Of a stretch of DNA of 64,000 nt, positions 31,121-55,656 are shown piece by piece. The stretch lies in assembly GCF_009914755.1 (NCBI RefSeq), contig NC_060929.1. One strand, written 5' to 3'. The notes below the pieces were generated by a model. It was not told the DNA's origin, did no database searches, and was given only the letters and a program-made list of their open reading frames with translations. Position numbers and translations under genes: made by a program. Every line of letters starts with the position of its first letter. Position 1 is the stretch's first letter. This DNA comes from the human T2T-CHM13v2.0 reference genome, Homo sapiens.

Positions 31121-34100
31121 AGTCTACCTTTTGTCAACTTGAACGCATATACATCTCCTGAAATCATACATAATCTTCAAATAAAGACAATAATAAGGTC
31201 ATAATTATGCCTAACATAATACAGCTATCCCTATCCTTTGTAAAGCTGGAAGCACATTAATCCTTAAACTAAATGCTATTACATAAAGTTACCACTTAAA
31301 TGCTGATATGAAGTCAATAAATTTTATGTCACATGATAAAGGAAAAAGGAAAATGAAGATATTTTCTTAGACAAACTGTATACATGCATAAACATGTTCT
31401 TAACGAAATAAGGAGGAAATACTCATGAGAATTACAGTTCTCATTTCTGCAACTGGTAATGGTGGTCATAGTCAGTACTGATGACAACCTTGTTCTACTA
31501 CCCATTCTGTATTCCCTGTGTCTCTTCAGCAAGCACCTCAGCAGGTTGTGGTTTTGTACCTGGTAGAGTGACCCAAACCTTCATTCCGGAGGGGTATGGG
31601 TCATTTTTAGTCCTGCTTGGATTGGGTTGTTGTAGTTTCCCATTGACCTTAATCACTGGGCATGGTAATACTAAGAGAGGCCCTAAAGGATCTCCTGTAT
31701 TCCATGCATACTCTTCCTTACCTCCATCAGGTAAGGAAGAGTAGACTGATTTCAAGATGAGTAGTAGACTGATTTCATCTTGATAGTCCAAGCCAATCAC
31801 CCCAGGCAACACTGTAACTCCCTTCTTAGCCTGCTGACTTAAAGGTAGGAGGAGCTCAAAGTGTCCAGGTGGTAATATTAACTTCCAGTTTAATGGAATC
31901 ATTGTTGTGTGTCCTGGTGGCAGCACTCTCCACTCTGGACCTAAGACTTTTAGGCCAGCAGAACGTAATGTTGCGGGAACAGGAAGCAAAAATTTTTCTA
32001 ATGGGCCACTAGGGGTGATGGTGAGTGGTGCCACTTCCACTTCCACCCCTTGATTCCTGGACCCGTGAATCCTGGCTATGGGAGAAACTGTACCATATAT
32101 TGGACACTGATTCAGAGCATACACAGCCTTCTGGAGAACTCTGCGCCAGCCCTGCAAAGTATTGTCACCTAGTTGATGTTGTAATTGTGACTTCAAAAGG
32201 CCATTCCACCGTTCTATCAATCCAGCTGCTTCAAAATGATAAGGAGAAGACCAGTGAATTCCAAGAGCATGAACATACTGCTGCACTTCTTTAGCTGTAA
32301 AGTATGTGCCTTGGTCAGAGGCAATGCTATGCAGAATACCATGATGGTGGATAAGGCATTCCATGCAGGATAGGCAAACGCATATCTGGAGTAAGTGTCT
32401 ATTCTGGTGAGGACAAACCGCTGCCCTTTCCATGATGGAAGAGGTCCAATATAATCAACCTGCCACCAAGTAGCTGGCTGATCACCCCAAGGAATGCTGC
32501 CATATCAAGGGCTCAGTGTTGGTCTCTGCTGCTGGCAAATCAGGCACTCAGCAGTGGTCATACATAGCCAGGTCAGCCTTGATGAGTGGAAGTCCATGTT
32601 ACGGAGCCCGTGTGTAACCTCCATCCCTGCCACCATGGCCACTTTGTTCATGGGCCCATTGGGTGATAACAGGGGTGGCTGGGGAAAGACGTTGAGTGGT
32701 GTCCACAGAATAAGTCACCCAATCCACTTGATTTTTAAAATCCTCCTCTGCTGAGGTCACCTTTGGTGAGCACTCATAAGAGATACAAATATAGTTTCTG
32801 ACCACTCAAAAAGAGAGGTCCATCCACATACCTCTTCCCCAAATTTCTTCATCACCAATTTTCCAATCATGCTTGTTCCAAGTTCCTGACCATCCGGCCA
32901 AATCATCTGCTACAGCCCATGAATCAGTATATAATCGCATATCTGGCCATTTCTCATTTCATGCAAAGTCCACAACCAGGTGCACTGCTCGAAGTTCTGC
33001 CCACTGGGAAGATTTCCCTTCACCACTGTCCATCAGGGATGTTCTAGAAAGCAGCTGTAGTGCTGCAGCTGTCCACTTTTGGGTGGTGCTTGCGTATCAT
33101 GCAGAACCATCTGTAAACCAGGCCCTTGTCTTCTCTTCCTTTTTCAGCTGTTCACAGGGAGCTCCCCATGAGGCCACTGGTGCAGGCTGGGGGAAAGAGA
33201 GCTAGATGGCAGGAGCAGGGACCATGGGCATTTGAGCCACTTGCTCACATAACTTACTTGTGCCCTCAGGACTTGCTCAAGCCTGATCACATATATACCA
33301 CTTCGATTTGATGATGGAATGCCGCTGTGCATGCCCCACTTTATGGCTAGATGGGTCAGAAAGCACGAGTTTATGACAGGCAGTTTAGGTTACATGGTGA
33401 CTTGATGGCCCATAGTCAAACATTCAGTTTCTACCAAAGCCCAGTAACCAGCCAAGAACTGTCTCTCAAAAGGAGAGTAGTTATCTGCAGAAGATAGGTC
33501 CTTGCTCCAAAATCCTAGAGGCCTCTGCTGTGATTCACCTATGGGGGCCTGCTAAAGGCTCCAAATAGCATCCCTATCTGCCACTGACATCTCAAGCACC
33601 ATTGAATCTGCTAGGTAATATGGCCCAAGTGGCACAGCAGCTTTCACAACAGCCTAGACCTGTTGCAGAGCCTTCTCCTGTTCTGGACCCTACTCAAAAC
33701 TGGCAGCCTTTTAGGTCACTCGATAAATGGGCTGGAGTAACACACCAGAATGAGGAATGTATTGCCTCCAAAATCCAAATAGACCCACTAGGCGTTGTCC
33801 CTCTTTCTTGGTTGTAGGAGGGGGCAAATGCAGCAACTTATCCTTCACCTTAGAAGGAATATCTTGAGAGGCCCCACACCACTGGACCACTAGAAATTTT
33901 ACTGAGGTAGAAGGTCCCTGAATTTTAGTTAATTTCCCATCCCCTGGCATGCAAATGTCTCATCAATAAGTCCAGTGTGTTGGCTACTTCTTGCTCACTA
34001 GATCCGGTCACATACTGTCATCAATGTAATGAACTAATGAACTGGTGTGATATCCTGCGGAAGGGAAAAGTGATCAAGATCTCTGCAAACAAGATTATGA

Positions 34101-34979
34101 CACAAACCCGGAGAGCTGATATACCTCTGAGGTACGACAGTGAAGGTATATTGCTGGTCTTGCCAGCTGAAGGCAAATTGCTTCTGGTGGGTCTTACAAA
34201 CAGGAATGGGGAAAAAGGCACTTGCCAAATCAATGGCTGCATACCAGGTACCAGGAGATGTATTAATTTGTCCAAACAATGAAACCACATCTGACACAGC
34301 AGCTGCAATTGGAGTCACCACTTAGTTAAGCTTACGATAATCCACTGTCATTCTCCAAGATCCATCTCTCTTCTGCACGGGCCAAATAGGAGAGTTCGTC
34401 TTTCAAGTCCTTGATGGTGGCACTAATCTCTGCACTCCCTTCAGGGATGCGATATTGGTTTTTGTTGTTGTTTTTTGTTTGTTTTTACAATATTGTTTTT
34501 GATTTACTATTTATCTAGGTAGAGGCAGCTCTAATGGCTTCCATTTGGCCTTTCCCACCATAATAGCCTTCATCCTACCAGTCAGGGAGCCAATGTGGGG
34601 ATTCTGCCAGCTGCTAAGTATGTCTATGCCAATTATGCATTCTGACACTGGGGAAATGACCACAGGATGAGTCCAGGGACCCACTGGACTCACTATAGTG
34701 GGACCTGAGCTAAAACTCCATTAAGTACCTGACCTCCATAAGCCCCTACTTTAACTGGAGGACCACAATGATGTTTTGGGTCCCCTGGAATAAATGTCAG
34801 CTCAGAGCCAGTATCCAGTAAGTCCCTGAAAAGTCTGATCATTCCCCTTTCCCCAGTGCAGTTACTCTGGTAAAAGGCCAGAGGTCTCCTTGGGGAAGGA
34901 TGGGAGAAAGATTAACAGCATAAATTGTCAGTAGTGTAGTGGGGTCCTTCCTCAGGGCACCCAGGCTCCCCATCATTCA
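31121..34979 (-). mobile_element. HERVL internal region, 5'-truncated: protease, RT, RNase H, integrase and dUTPase remnants
   Basis: LLDTGSELT near 34800; RT AAIDLASAFF...HYIDD at 34015-34321; integrase SDQG/IERWN and dUTPase-like segment in ORF 31498-32433; frameshifted. Confidence 0.93.
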
Positions 34980-34983
34980 TTCC

Positions 34984-35218
34984 CTCCAGCTTTTCTTTCC
35001 TTTATTCATTTAATTAAGAAATGAAGATTATGGGCAGAATAGAGTTGACAGCAAACTCCTTAGTCACACCCCCAAAAAAAGTTAGAGGAGTCTTTAGAAA
35101 ACTAATAAATTTAAGTGAACCCTGTTCAGGAAACCAAAGATGGAATAAATGGAAATTGGGGACAGGAAGAAATTTGTTTATATGTAGGTATATATTTCAG
35201 AAACTGAAAACTAGAAGC
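34984..35218 (+). repeat. Copy 2 of the ~237-bp direct repeat flanking HERVL
   Basis: Aligns with 30336-30572. Confidence 0.95.
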
Positions 35219-35522
35219 AAAGACAGAAGAATTTGATAGCCAAAGAACAGGGATTGAGGAATTTATAGAGGTAAGAACAAGCCCTTAAAAATTTTAATAC
35301 ATTAATCTATAAATTAAACTTAAATGTTTAAGTTGAAAACCAAGCCATTTCTTAAAATTAGACTGCTTGTGTTTTCAGAAAAATGACATGAAGAATTCTG
35401 ATTATACACTTGCTTGGAATTAATTGCTACATTGAAGCAGGTGATTCTCTCTAAAGATGATGAATTATTAATTCAACTCCTGAGATATTAAAACTAGATG
35501 TAACACATTAAAACCAAATTTC

Positions 35523-36146
35523 CATGGTGACTCATACCTGAAATCTCTTGCTTTGGGAAGCTGAAGTGGGAATTGCCGGCTTGAGGCCAGGAATTTGAAA
35601 CGAGAGTGGGCAATAGCAAGACACTGATTCTACAAAAAAAAAATTTTAAAAATAAGCTGGGTATAAAAAAAAAATTAGCTGGGTATATTGGTGCACACCT
35701 GTAGTCCTAGCTACTTGAGAGGCTGAGGTAGGAGGATTGCTTGAGCCCAGGAGTTTGAGGTTACAATGAGTTATGATGCTGCCAATATACTCCAGCCTGG
35801 GTGACAGAGCAAGAACTTGTTTCAAAAAAAATAAAATGTTAAAACCAAATTCCATATACTTTTTTTTTTTTTTTTTTGTGACGGAGTCTCACTCTGTCGC
35901 CCAGGGTGTGATGTCAGCTCACTGCGACCTCTGCCTCCCAGGTTCAAGCAATTCTCATGCCTCAGTCTCCCGAGTAACTGGGATTACAGGCTCATGCCAC
36001 CATGCCTGGCTAATTTTTCTATTTTCAGTAGAGACGGGGTTTCACCATGTTGGCCAGGTTGGTCTCAAACTCCTGACCTCAGGTGATCCACCTGCCTCTG
36101 CTTCCTAAAGTGCTAGGATTACAGGCGTGAGCCACCACGCCTGGCC
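35523..36146. mobile_element. Tail-to-tail Alu pair: AluJ (+, 35523-35836) and AluS (-, 35860-36146)
   Basis: Both carry TSDs derived from the aaaccaaattccatatacttt target sequence. Confidence 0.88.
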
Positions 36147-36559
36147 AAATTGCATATACTTTCAATATGATACAGTTTACTCCTTCAATACGATGGGATT
36201 TGAATCTCATATAGTAAAAATAAATATTTTCTAATTATTGTAGAATTTCTTAAATAAGTGCAAAGACTCAAAGCATAAAGGAAAAGACTGATGAGTTTTA
36301 CTTTATTAAATGAAAATTAAAAGATCATTAAAAAGTGAAAAATATAAACCAGAGATTGGGAGGATTTGCAATATATATATTTGAAACAGAATAAATATCT
36401 CTCATTAAATAACTCACAAATCTATGAGAGACAGACCAAAAAAATTGGAAAATGCCATAAATAGGCAAGTCACAGGAGAAAACAAGCTAAGACCAATAAA
36501 TAAATAATGAAGTGCTCAATCTCACTAGCAATCCTAACTATGTGGTATGCAGTGGAGTA

Positions 36560-37265
36560 CTCCACAATGAAGTTACTCTTCAGCCATAAAAAAGAATGAG
36601 ATCCTATCATTGGCAACAATATAAATGGAACAGGAAGTCATTATGTCAAGTGAAATAAGCCAGGCACAGAAAGACAAACTTCAAACATTCTCACTTAATT
36701 GTGGAAGGTAAAAATTAAAACAATTGAACTCATGGAGACAGAGAATAGAAAGACGGTTACCAGAGGCTGGGAAGGATAGTGGGGGGCAGGGGGTTGAGGA
36801 GAAGTGGGGATGGTTAATGGGTACAAAATAATAAAGAAATGCATGGCTGGGCATAGTGGCTGTAATCCCAGCACTTTGGGAGGCCAAGGTGGAAGATTGC
36901 TTAAGCCCAGGAGTTCAAGACCAGCCTGGGCAACATATGGGGACCCTGTCTCTACAAAACATAATTTAAAATAAAATTTTTAAAAAAGAATACATAAGAC
37001 CTAGTATTTGCTAGTTCAAGACCTAGTATTTGCTAGGGTGATTACAGTCAAATATAATTTAATGGTAGATTTTTAAATAACCAAAAAAGTATAATTAGAT
37101 TGTTTGTAACACAAGAGAGAAATGCTGGAAGTGATGGATATCACATTTACCCTGATGTGATTATTACACATTGTATGCCTGTATCAAAATATCTCATGTG
37201 CCCTATAAATATATACACCTACTATGTGCCCATAAAAATAAAAAATAAAAAATAAATTAAAAAAT
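36560..37265 (+). mobile_element. L1MA-like 3' end interrupted by FLAM (36846-36985)
   Basis: gccataaaaaagaatgagatcc...gaaataagccaggcacagaaagacaaa...acacctactatgt, then A tail. Confidence 0.8.
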
Positions 37266-38041
37266 AAAAACAGAATGAAAGATATAGAAAATAAACGTGT
37301 ATTTTTTCAGTTTTGAGAAGGCAAGCTAATTAGAAAAAAAAACTTAATTCCTCATCTTATGTCATTTGCCAAAAATCCTTCTAAATATACATAAAATGAG
37401 CAAACAGATGAAAATTAATTATTGATATGAGGGTTAGAACCTGGGATCCAATCTCAAAATTAGTCATATTCCTGAAAAATGGATTCAGAACAACTGTACA
37501 AAAACAGACAAATACATACCAGAAAAAAACCTTCCTGAATTTAAGAATGACTTAAATTAGAAGATTAAAAGTTTCATTCTTTTCCTGGTAAAATCAATGT
37601 AAAGAAACCAAAACCTAGACATATCCTGGTAAAATGTTTAAATGTTTAAAAGAAAAAAAAAGCTAAAAAATTGTTTGTTGAAAAAAAGAGAGAGAGACAT
37701 GAGACCATCATTCAAGAGTAAAAAGTAGACTTTTCATAAAACAAAAAGTCATACGCTTTTTACCACAGAACAGAAAGACATTCTATGATGTGTAAAGGCT
37801 TAACATCCTTCCTTCCTTCATTCATTCATTTATTATTTTATGCAGGCAATATTTATTGAATACTGACTATAAGATATGTATTTGAAAATAATTATTGAAG
37901 GCATATATCAGCAGTCTAAGTGATATAAAAAATAACAACTCAAAAATGGGAGAAATTGACATATAAAAGGACCAGCAATAAGAAAAAAAATCAATTTAAC
38001 AGAGTTAAGATTAAATCACAGTTACAAAAATAATTACAAAA

Positions 38042-38370
38042 GGCTGGGTGCAGTGGCTCACGCCTGTAATCCCAGCACTTTGGAAGGCTGAGGTGGGTGA
38101 ATCACTTGAGGCCAGGAATTCGAGACCAGCCTGGCCAACATGGTGAAACTCCATCTCTACTAAAATTGTAAAATTAGCTTGGCATGGTGGCAGACGTCTG
38201 TAATCCTAGCTACCTCAGGAGGCTGAGGCAGGAGAATCACTTGAACTTGGGAGTTGGAGGTTACAATGAGCCAAGATCATGCCACTGGCACTCCAGCCTG
38301 GGAGACAGAGTGAGACTTTGTCTCAAAAAAAAAAAAAAACCACAAACACACACACACACACACACACACA
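38042..38370 (+). mobile_element. AluS with (CA)n microsatellite in the tail
   Basis: Dimer; TSD aataattacaaaa. Confidence 0.93.
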
Positions 38371-38757
38371 AAAACAATAATTACAAAAGTATATGCAAAA
38401 TAAAATTGGAAGGTTAAAAATTAAAGCTTGGGCAATGATTTCTTAGGGAAATACTGCCACCCAAACCAGGGGTGACAATATTAATTTCAAATAAAGTAGA
38501 GTCAAAATAAAAACTACTACAAAGGACCAGGAGAATCATAGTCCTTTACAATGATCAACAATCCCGAACTGTTATGCACTAAATAACACAGCATCAAAAT
38601 ACTTAAAATAGAAACTCTTACAAACTCCAAGGAGAAATTGATAGACATGCAACCATAGTAAGCTTCTTGATAAATCAGGTACACTTTTAAAATAATGTGA
38701 TAAATTTCAGGATTAAATAACTGCATTACAAATGAAGCCATTAAAAAATCTAGGGTA

Positions 38758-38920
38758 GCCTGGTTCAGTAGTGTGTCACTGTAGTCCTAACTTCTTGGGA
38801 GGCCAAGGCAGGAGGATCGCTTGTGGCCAGGAGTTTGAGGCTGTAGTGTGCTATGATCATGCCTGTGAATAGCCACTGCACTCCCAGCCTAAGCAACATA
38901 ATGAGGCCCTGTCTGTAAAA
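38758..38920 (+). mobile_element. FAM (fossil Alu monomer, 7SL-derived)
   Basis: Contains the 7SL-like segment gctatgatcatgcctgtgaatagccactgcactcc. Confidence 0.75.
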
Positions 38921-39179
38921 ACATGGGGGTGGGGGGACAGAAGAAAATATAGGTGAAGAATTAACTATCTGGGAATAGGTAGACCTAAAACAATGGAATA
39001 GACAACAAAGGGAAAGAATGACAGATCCACCTATATTGTTTGAATATTAGTAAATAAAAAGAATAAACAAAATTAAAAGGTTAACGGCATACTGGAAAAA
39101 ACTACAACAAATAGGATAGACAAAAACTAAATATATAAAGTTTCCTTATAAAAAAATATCAAAAGCTCTAGCTCCATGC

Positions 39180-39475
39180 TAGTGCTGTCCAGTTGAACTT
39201 TCCACTATGATGGAAACGTTCTGAATCTGCACTGTCCAATATGGTAGCCACTACTCACAAGAGCACTTGAAATGTAGCTAGTGCCAATGTTGAAATGATA
39301 ATATTTGGGGTGTATGTAGTTAAATAAATTTTATTAAGATTTTTTATTACTAAAATAATTTTATCATTAAAATTTATTTCACCTGTTTCTTTTTACTTGT
39401 TTAATGAGGCCACAAGAAAATTTATTATAAAATTACATACACAGTTTGCATTAGGTGTCTATTCAGCACTGTTCT
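39180..39475. mobile_element. MER33-like hAT-Charlie MITE
   Basis: tagtgctgtcca... and ...tattcagcactg termini; internal MER3/MER33 motifs. Confidence 0.7.
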
Positions 39476-39740
39476 AGAATAACGATCAAGGAAACAAAAA
39501 ATTCACAAAAGAAGAAATACAAACAGCCAGTAATCTATGAAAAAAAGTTCCATCTCACTTATAATCCAATAAATATAAATTAAAACAAGATTTTTATAAT
39601 CAAATAGACAAAATTTTAAAAAATACTCATTGTTGGCAAGGGTTCCATTAAATGGGCACTCTCATACACTGCTGGTGGTGGTATAAATTGCTTCAACCTT
39701 TCTGGAAAGGCATTTGGCAATATTAATCAAGAGCCTTAGT

Positions 39741-41663
<1,923 letters not shown>

Positions 41664-42149
41664 TATACACATATATATTCAAAAGTCTATTTAAGTTAGA
41701 ATAAAAACAATATAGTGTGGAGTTTGTAACATCTGTCAAAATAAAAGATCTGACAATAACAAAAATGCCAAGAAGGAAGAAATTGAATTTCAGCATTATA
41801 AATTTCTTATACTGTATGTATAATTGGTATGAATTGTTTTTCTAGTATTTTCTGTTGGATTTTGCATCTACGTTCATAAGACTAGGCTACAATTTCCTTA
41901 CATTATCATTTGCTACCCTAGCCTAGAAATAATTTACTTTTAAAATATCTTTAATAATTTCTGAAACATTTTTATATATTATATATCTCTCTAATGTTAT
42001 GTAAATATATATCAATATACACATATAGATATATTCCCAACCTTCAAGGAATACATCTAGGGATTGAGGGCATATCTCTTTATATATGTTTTTTGTACGT
42101 GATTGCTTTATTTATTACATTTACATAACACTTATGTAACTTACCATAG

Positions 42150-46260
<4,111 letters not shown>

Positions 46261-46364
46261 TAGAAGTCCTCTCTTTCCTTTAAAACATTTTCAAAATATT
46301 TATTCTCTAATATGAAGAGATATTTAAAACATTTTCAGGATATTTATTCTCTAACATGAAGAGT

Positions 46365-50566
<4,202 letters not shown>

Positions 50567-52270
50567 TCTTTTAAAATAAATTTGTTTTTTCAAACATCTT
50601 CAAAATACCCATTCTAAAGCCTCTGTCACACTATTCTATAAAACTAATTTTATCAAGACTAAATAAATGTTCCACTTCATGATTTTGTTAGGTGTTGCTA
50701 CTAGCTAGGATGCTTTCAGTTTCAAGCAACATAAAACCTTGTCTCAATCGACTTAAACCAGAAGGAAAATTTATTATCTTACGTATCATGTTCCCAAGTA
50801 GGAAATCTCTAGAATAAATTAATTCACTTGCTCAATAACATTATCAGAATTTGCTCTTTTTCTTTTGTGTTTCTGCCATACTAAACATGCCAGATTTGGC
50901 CATGGCAAGCTCTCCTTATGGTTACAAAATGACTAAGCAGTTCCAGATGTCCCATGCAGACCAAGTAATATCCACCAGAACAAGAGAAGCCACTTCCTAC
51001 TGGCATTTTTTTAATCAGTGAAAAAAAAATTTCTCCAAAGTTCCTCAGAAGATACATAATAAGTAAATATTGGATCAAATATATTCTTTAATAAATCACT
51101 AAAAAGGATTCAGATAAGCACGTTTGGTTTAGCTAAATGCACAGCTATATAGAGAAGAGTGGATTACCCAAACAAAAATCAATTCTGTTAGAAAGCGAGA
51201 AGGGAGAGCTAAACAACAAAATCTGTTTGCCTTGGCTATCTTTGCATTAGATTCCTTCATTTTGATTTGCACGGTCATATTACTAGAAAAGTGTTATGTT
51301 TAAGGCTTGTCACTTTTATTCTCTTACTCCCACTCTGTTTTCACCCCTCCCCACCTAAAGGTTTTAAATTGCTTCAGTCTGCCCCATCTACAAGCTCCGA
51401 GTCAGTTATCATGATACAATTATGTGTAACATTTTATAATAATTATATTAAAATTATTGAAACCAGTAAACTAACACTGATATAATAGTATTAACTAAAC
51501 TGTAGACCCTATTCAAATTTCACCACTTTTTCCAGTATTGTTCTTTTTCAGTTAAAGGAACTTATGTAGGATCCCACCTTACAAGTAATTATTAATTCTT
51601 TTTAGTCTCCTCCAATTTGAGTTTATCGGGCTTTCCTTGTATTTCATAACTTTGACACATTTCAAGAGTACTGGCAAGTTATTTCATAGGATAAACTTCA
51701 TTCACATTTGTCTGACATTTTCTCATGATTAGAATGAGGTTAATGCATTTTTGGCAATAATACTACAGAAACAATGTTGTGTCTTTCTAATTACATCATA
51801 TCAAGATATTTTGATTATTGAGACATCTGATTACCTGTGATATTAACCTTGACCACGTGATTAAGGTGGTGTCTGCTGGGTTTCTCCACTATAAAGGTAC
51901 TATATTTCCCTGTGTAAGTAAGAAATACAAAATACAATTTTAGATGATGCAAAGATCCTATTTCATTCTGAATTTTCACCCACTAATTTTAGCACACTTC
52001 AGAAGACGCTAAATTATTGCTGTGTGTCTACAAAATTATTACTAGGGTATTTGCCTAAAGACAACTTTTCTTCTATGTTTATTAGTTGTAATACTTCTAT
52101 AAGGAAGATTTATTCATTCTCTCCCATTTGATTGTAATTTTCTATCACTATGGACTTGAATATTTATTTTATTCAGTGTATTAAAATCAAAACTATCTCC
52201 TTATAACATATCCGATAAAAAATTTAATTCAAAATAGTTCACATACACGAACATAAAAGTTAAAACTATG

Positions 52271-52576
<306 letters not shown>

Positions 52577-54127
52577 GCTAAAACTGTGAAACTTCTGGGA
52601 GAAAATGTTGTGCATTGGTTTGGCAAAAAGTTTTTAGATATGGCACCAAAAACACAATCTATGAAAGAAACCATTAATAAATACAATGCCATTAAAATTT
52701 CAAATTTTTGTGCTTCAAGATGCCATTAAGAAAATAAAAACAGACAAGACACAGACTGGGAGAAACTATTTGTAAACATACATTTAAGAAAGGACTTGTA
52801 TTCAGAATACAAAAAAACTCTTAAAACTCAATAAGAGTACCCACTTTAAACATGGGCAAAAGAATTCCATTTGATACACTTTTTCCCATCCCTTTATGTT
52901 TACCCTTTCTGAATCATCTTGTCTTGGCGTATCTCCTGTATAGTGCATTTGGGTTTTGCTTTGTGAGTCAGGCAGATTCTCAGTTATAAACAATACGCTT
53001 GGTCTCACCTCTATATTAAGAAAGTCAGTCCTCACTGGGACAACCTATGCATTGCTTCCATCCACTCTCCCTTCTCAGTCTCAACCTCTGGCAACCACTG
53101 ATATTTTTCCCACCTCCATAGTTTTGCCTTTTCCAGAATTCATATAGTTAGAATCATATAGTATATAGCATTTTCAGACTGGCTTCTCCAACTGAGTAAC
53201 TGGCATTATGGTTCTTCCATGTCTTTTCATAGCTTCATCGCTCCAAATATTTTTGCAAAATATTATTCCATTGTACGAATGTACCTCATTTTGTTTATCC
53301 ATTTATTTACTGAAGAATGTCGGTGTTCCTTCCAATTTTTGGCAATTACAAATAATGCTGCTATAAAAATTCATATGCAGGATTTTGTACGGACATATTT
53401 TCAACGCATTTGGGTCAATACCTAGGAGTGTAATGCTAGATCATATAAAGGCATGCTTTATTTTAATGAGTTTCCCTTTACAGACAGATATTGTCTGTTG
53501 TACAAATGGAAGGTTTTTGGTAACCCTGTGTTGAGCAAGTCTACCACTACAATATCTCCAACAGCTCATGCTCACTTTGTGTCTCTCTGTAACATTTTGA
53601 TAATTTTCACATTTCAAAACTTTTCATTATTATTATGTCTGTTATGTTGATGTGTAATCACAGATCAGTGTAATTGTTTGGAGGAATCAAGAACTACATC
53701 TATATAAAACAGCAAACTTAAATAATAAATGTTGTGTGTATTTTGACTGTTCCACCAACCAGCTGTTCCCTTGTCTCCCTCTCCTTAAGCCTCCATAGTC
53801 CCTGAGATACAATATTGAAATAGGCCAATTAATAACCTACAACGACCTCTAAGTGTTCAGATGAAAGAAGAATCGCATATTTCTCACTTTAAATCAACAG
53901 CTGAAAAAGAATTAATCTTTGTGAAAAAGTCATGTCAAAAGTCAAAATAGGACAAAAGCTGGGAGTCTGGCACCAATAGTTACCCAAGTAGTGAATATAA
54001 AGAAAAAGTCTTGAAAAAAATTAAAAGTCCTGCTCTAGCAAACATATGAATGGTAAGAAAGTGAAACAGCCTTATTGCTGATCAATGGAGAAAGTTTTAG
54101 ATTTCCAGATAGAAGATCAGACTAGCC

Positions 54128-54859
<732 letters not shown>

Positions 54860-55345
54860 CAACCACAACATTCCTCTAAGCCAAAGCCTAATCCACAAGG
54901 CCTTAACTCTTTTAATTCTATGAAGGTTGAGAGAGGTGAGGAAGCTGCAAAAGAAAAGTGTGAAGCTAGCAGAGGTTGGTTCATGAGGTTTAAGGAAAGA
55001 AGCCATCTCCATAACATAAAAGCGCAAGGGGAAGCAATAAGTGCTGAGGCAGAAGCTGCACCAAGTTATCCGGAAGATCTAGCTAAGATATTGATGAAAG
55101 TGGCTATGCTAAACAGCAAATTTTCAAGGTAGACAAAACAGCCTTCTATTGGAAGAAGATGCCATCTAAGGACTCTCATAGCTAGAGAAGTCAATGCCTG
55201 GCTTCAAAGTTTCAAAGGACAGAAAGACTGTCTTGCTAAGGGCTAATGCAGCTGGTGACCTTAAGTTAAAACCAGTGCTCGTGTACCATTCCAGCAATCC
55301 TAGGGCCCTTAAGAATTATACTAAAATCTACTCTGCCTGTGCTCT

Positions 55346-55656
55346 GGTACCAGTCCATGGCCTGTTAGGAACCAGGTCACACCACAGGAGGTGAGCAGCA
55401 GGTGAGTGAGCATTATGGCCTGAGCTCCGCCTCCTGTCAGATCAGCAGCATTAGATTCTTACAGGAGCACAAACCCTTTTGTGAACTGCTCATGTGAGGG
55501 ATCTAGGTTGCATGCTCCTTATGAGAAGCTAATGCCTCATCATCTTAGGTAGAACAGGTTCATCCCAAAACCATCCCCCCAGCCGCACTCTGGGTCCATG
55601 GAAAAATTGTCTTCTACAAAACTGGTCCCTGGTGACAAAAAGATCAGAGATGGCTG
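55346..55656. mobile_element. MER1B-like hAT MITE inside Tigger1, left terminus missing
   Basis: ggtaccagtccatggcctgttaggaacc...aaactggtccctggtgacaaaaag...gctg. Confidence 0.8.
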
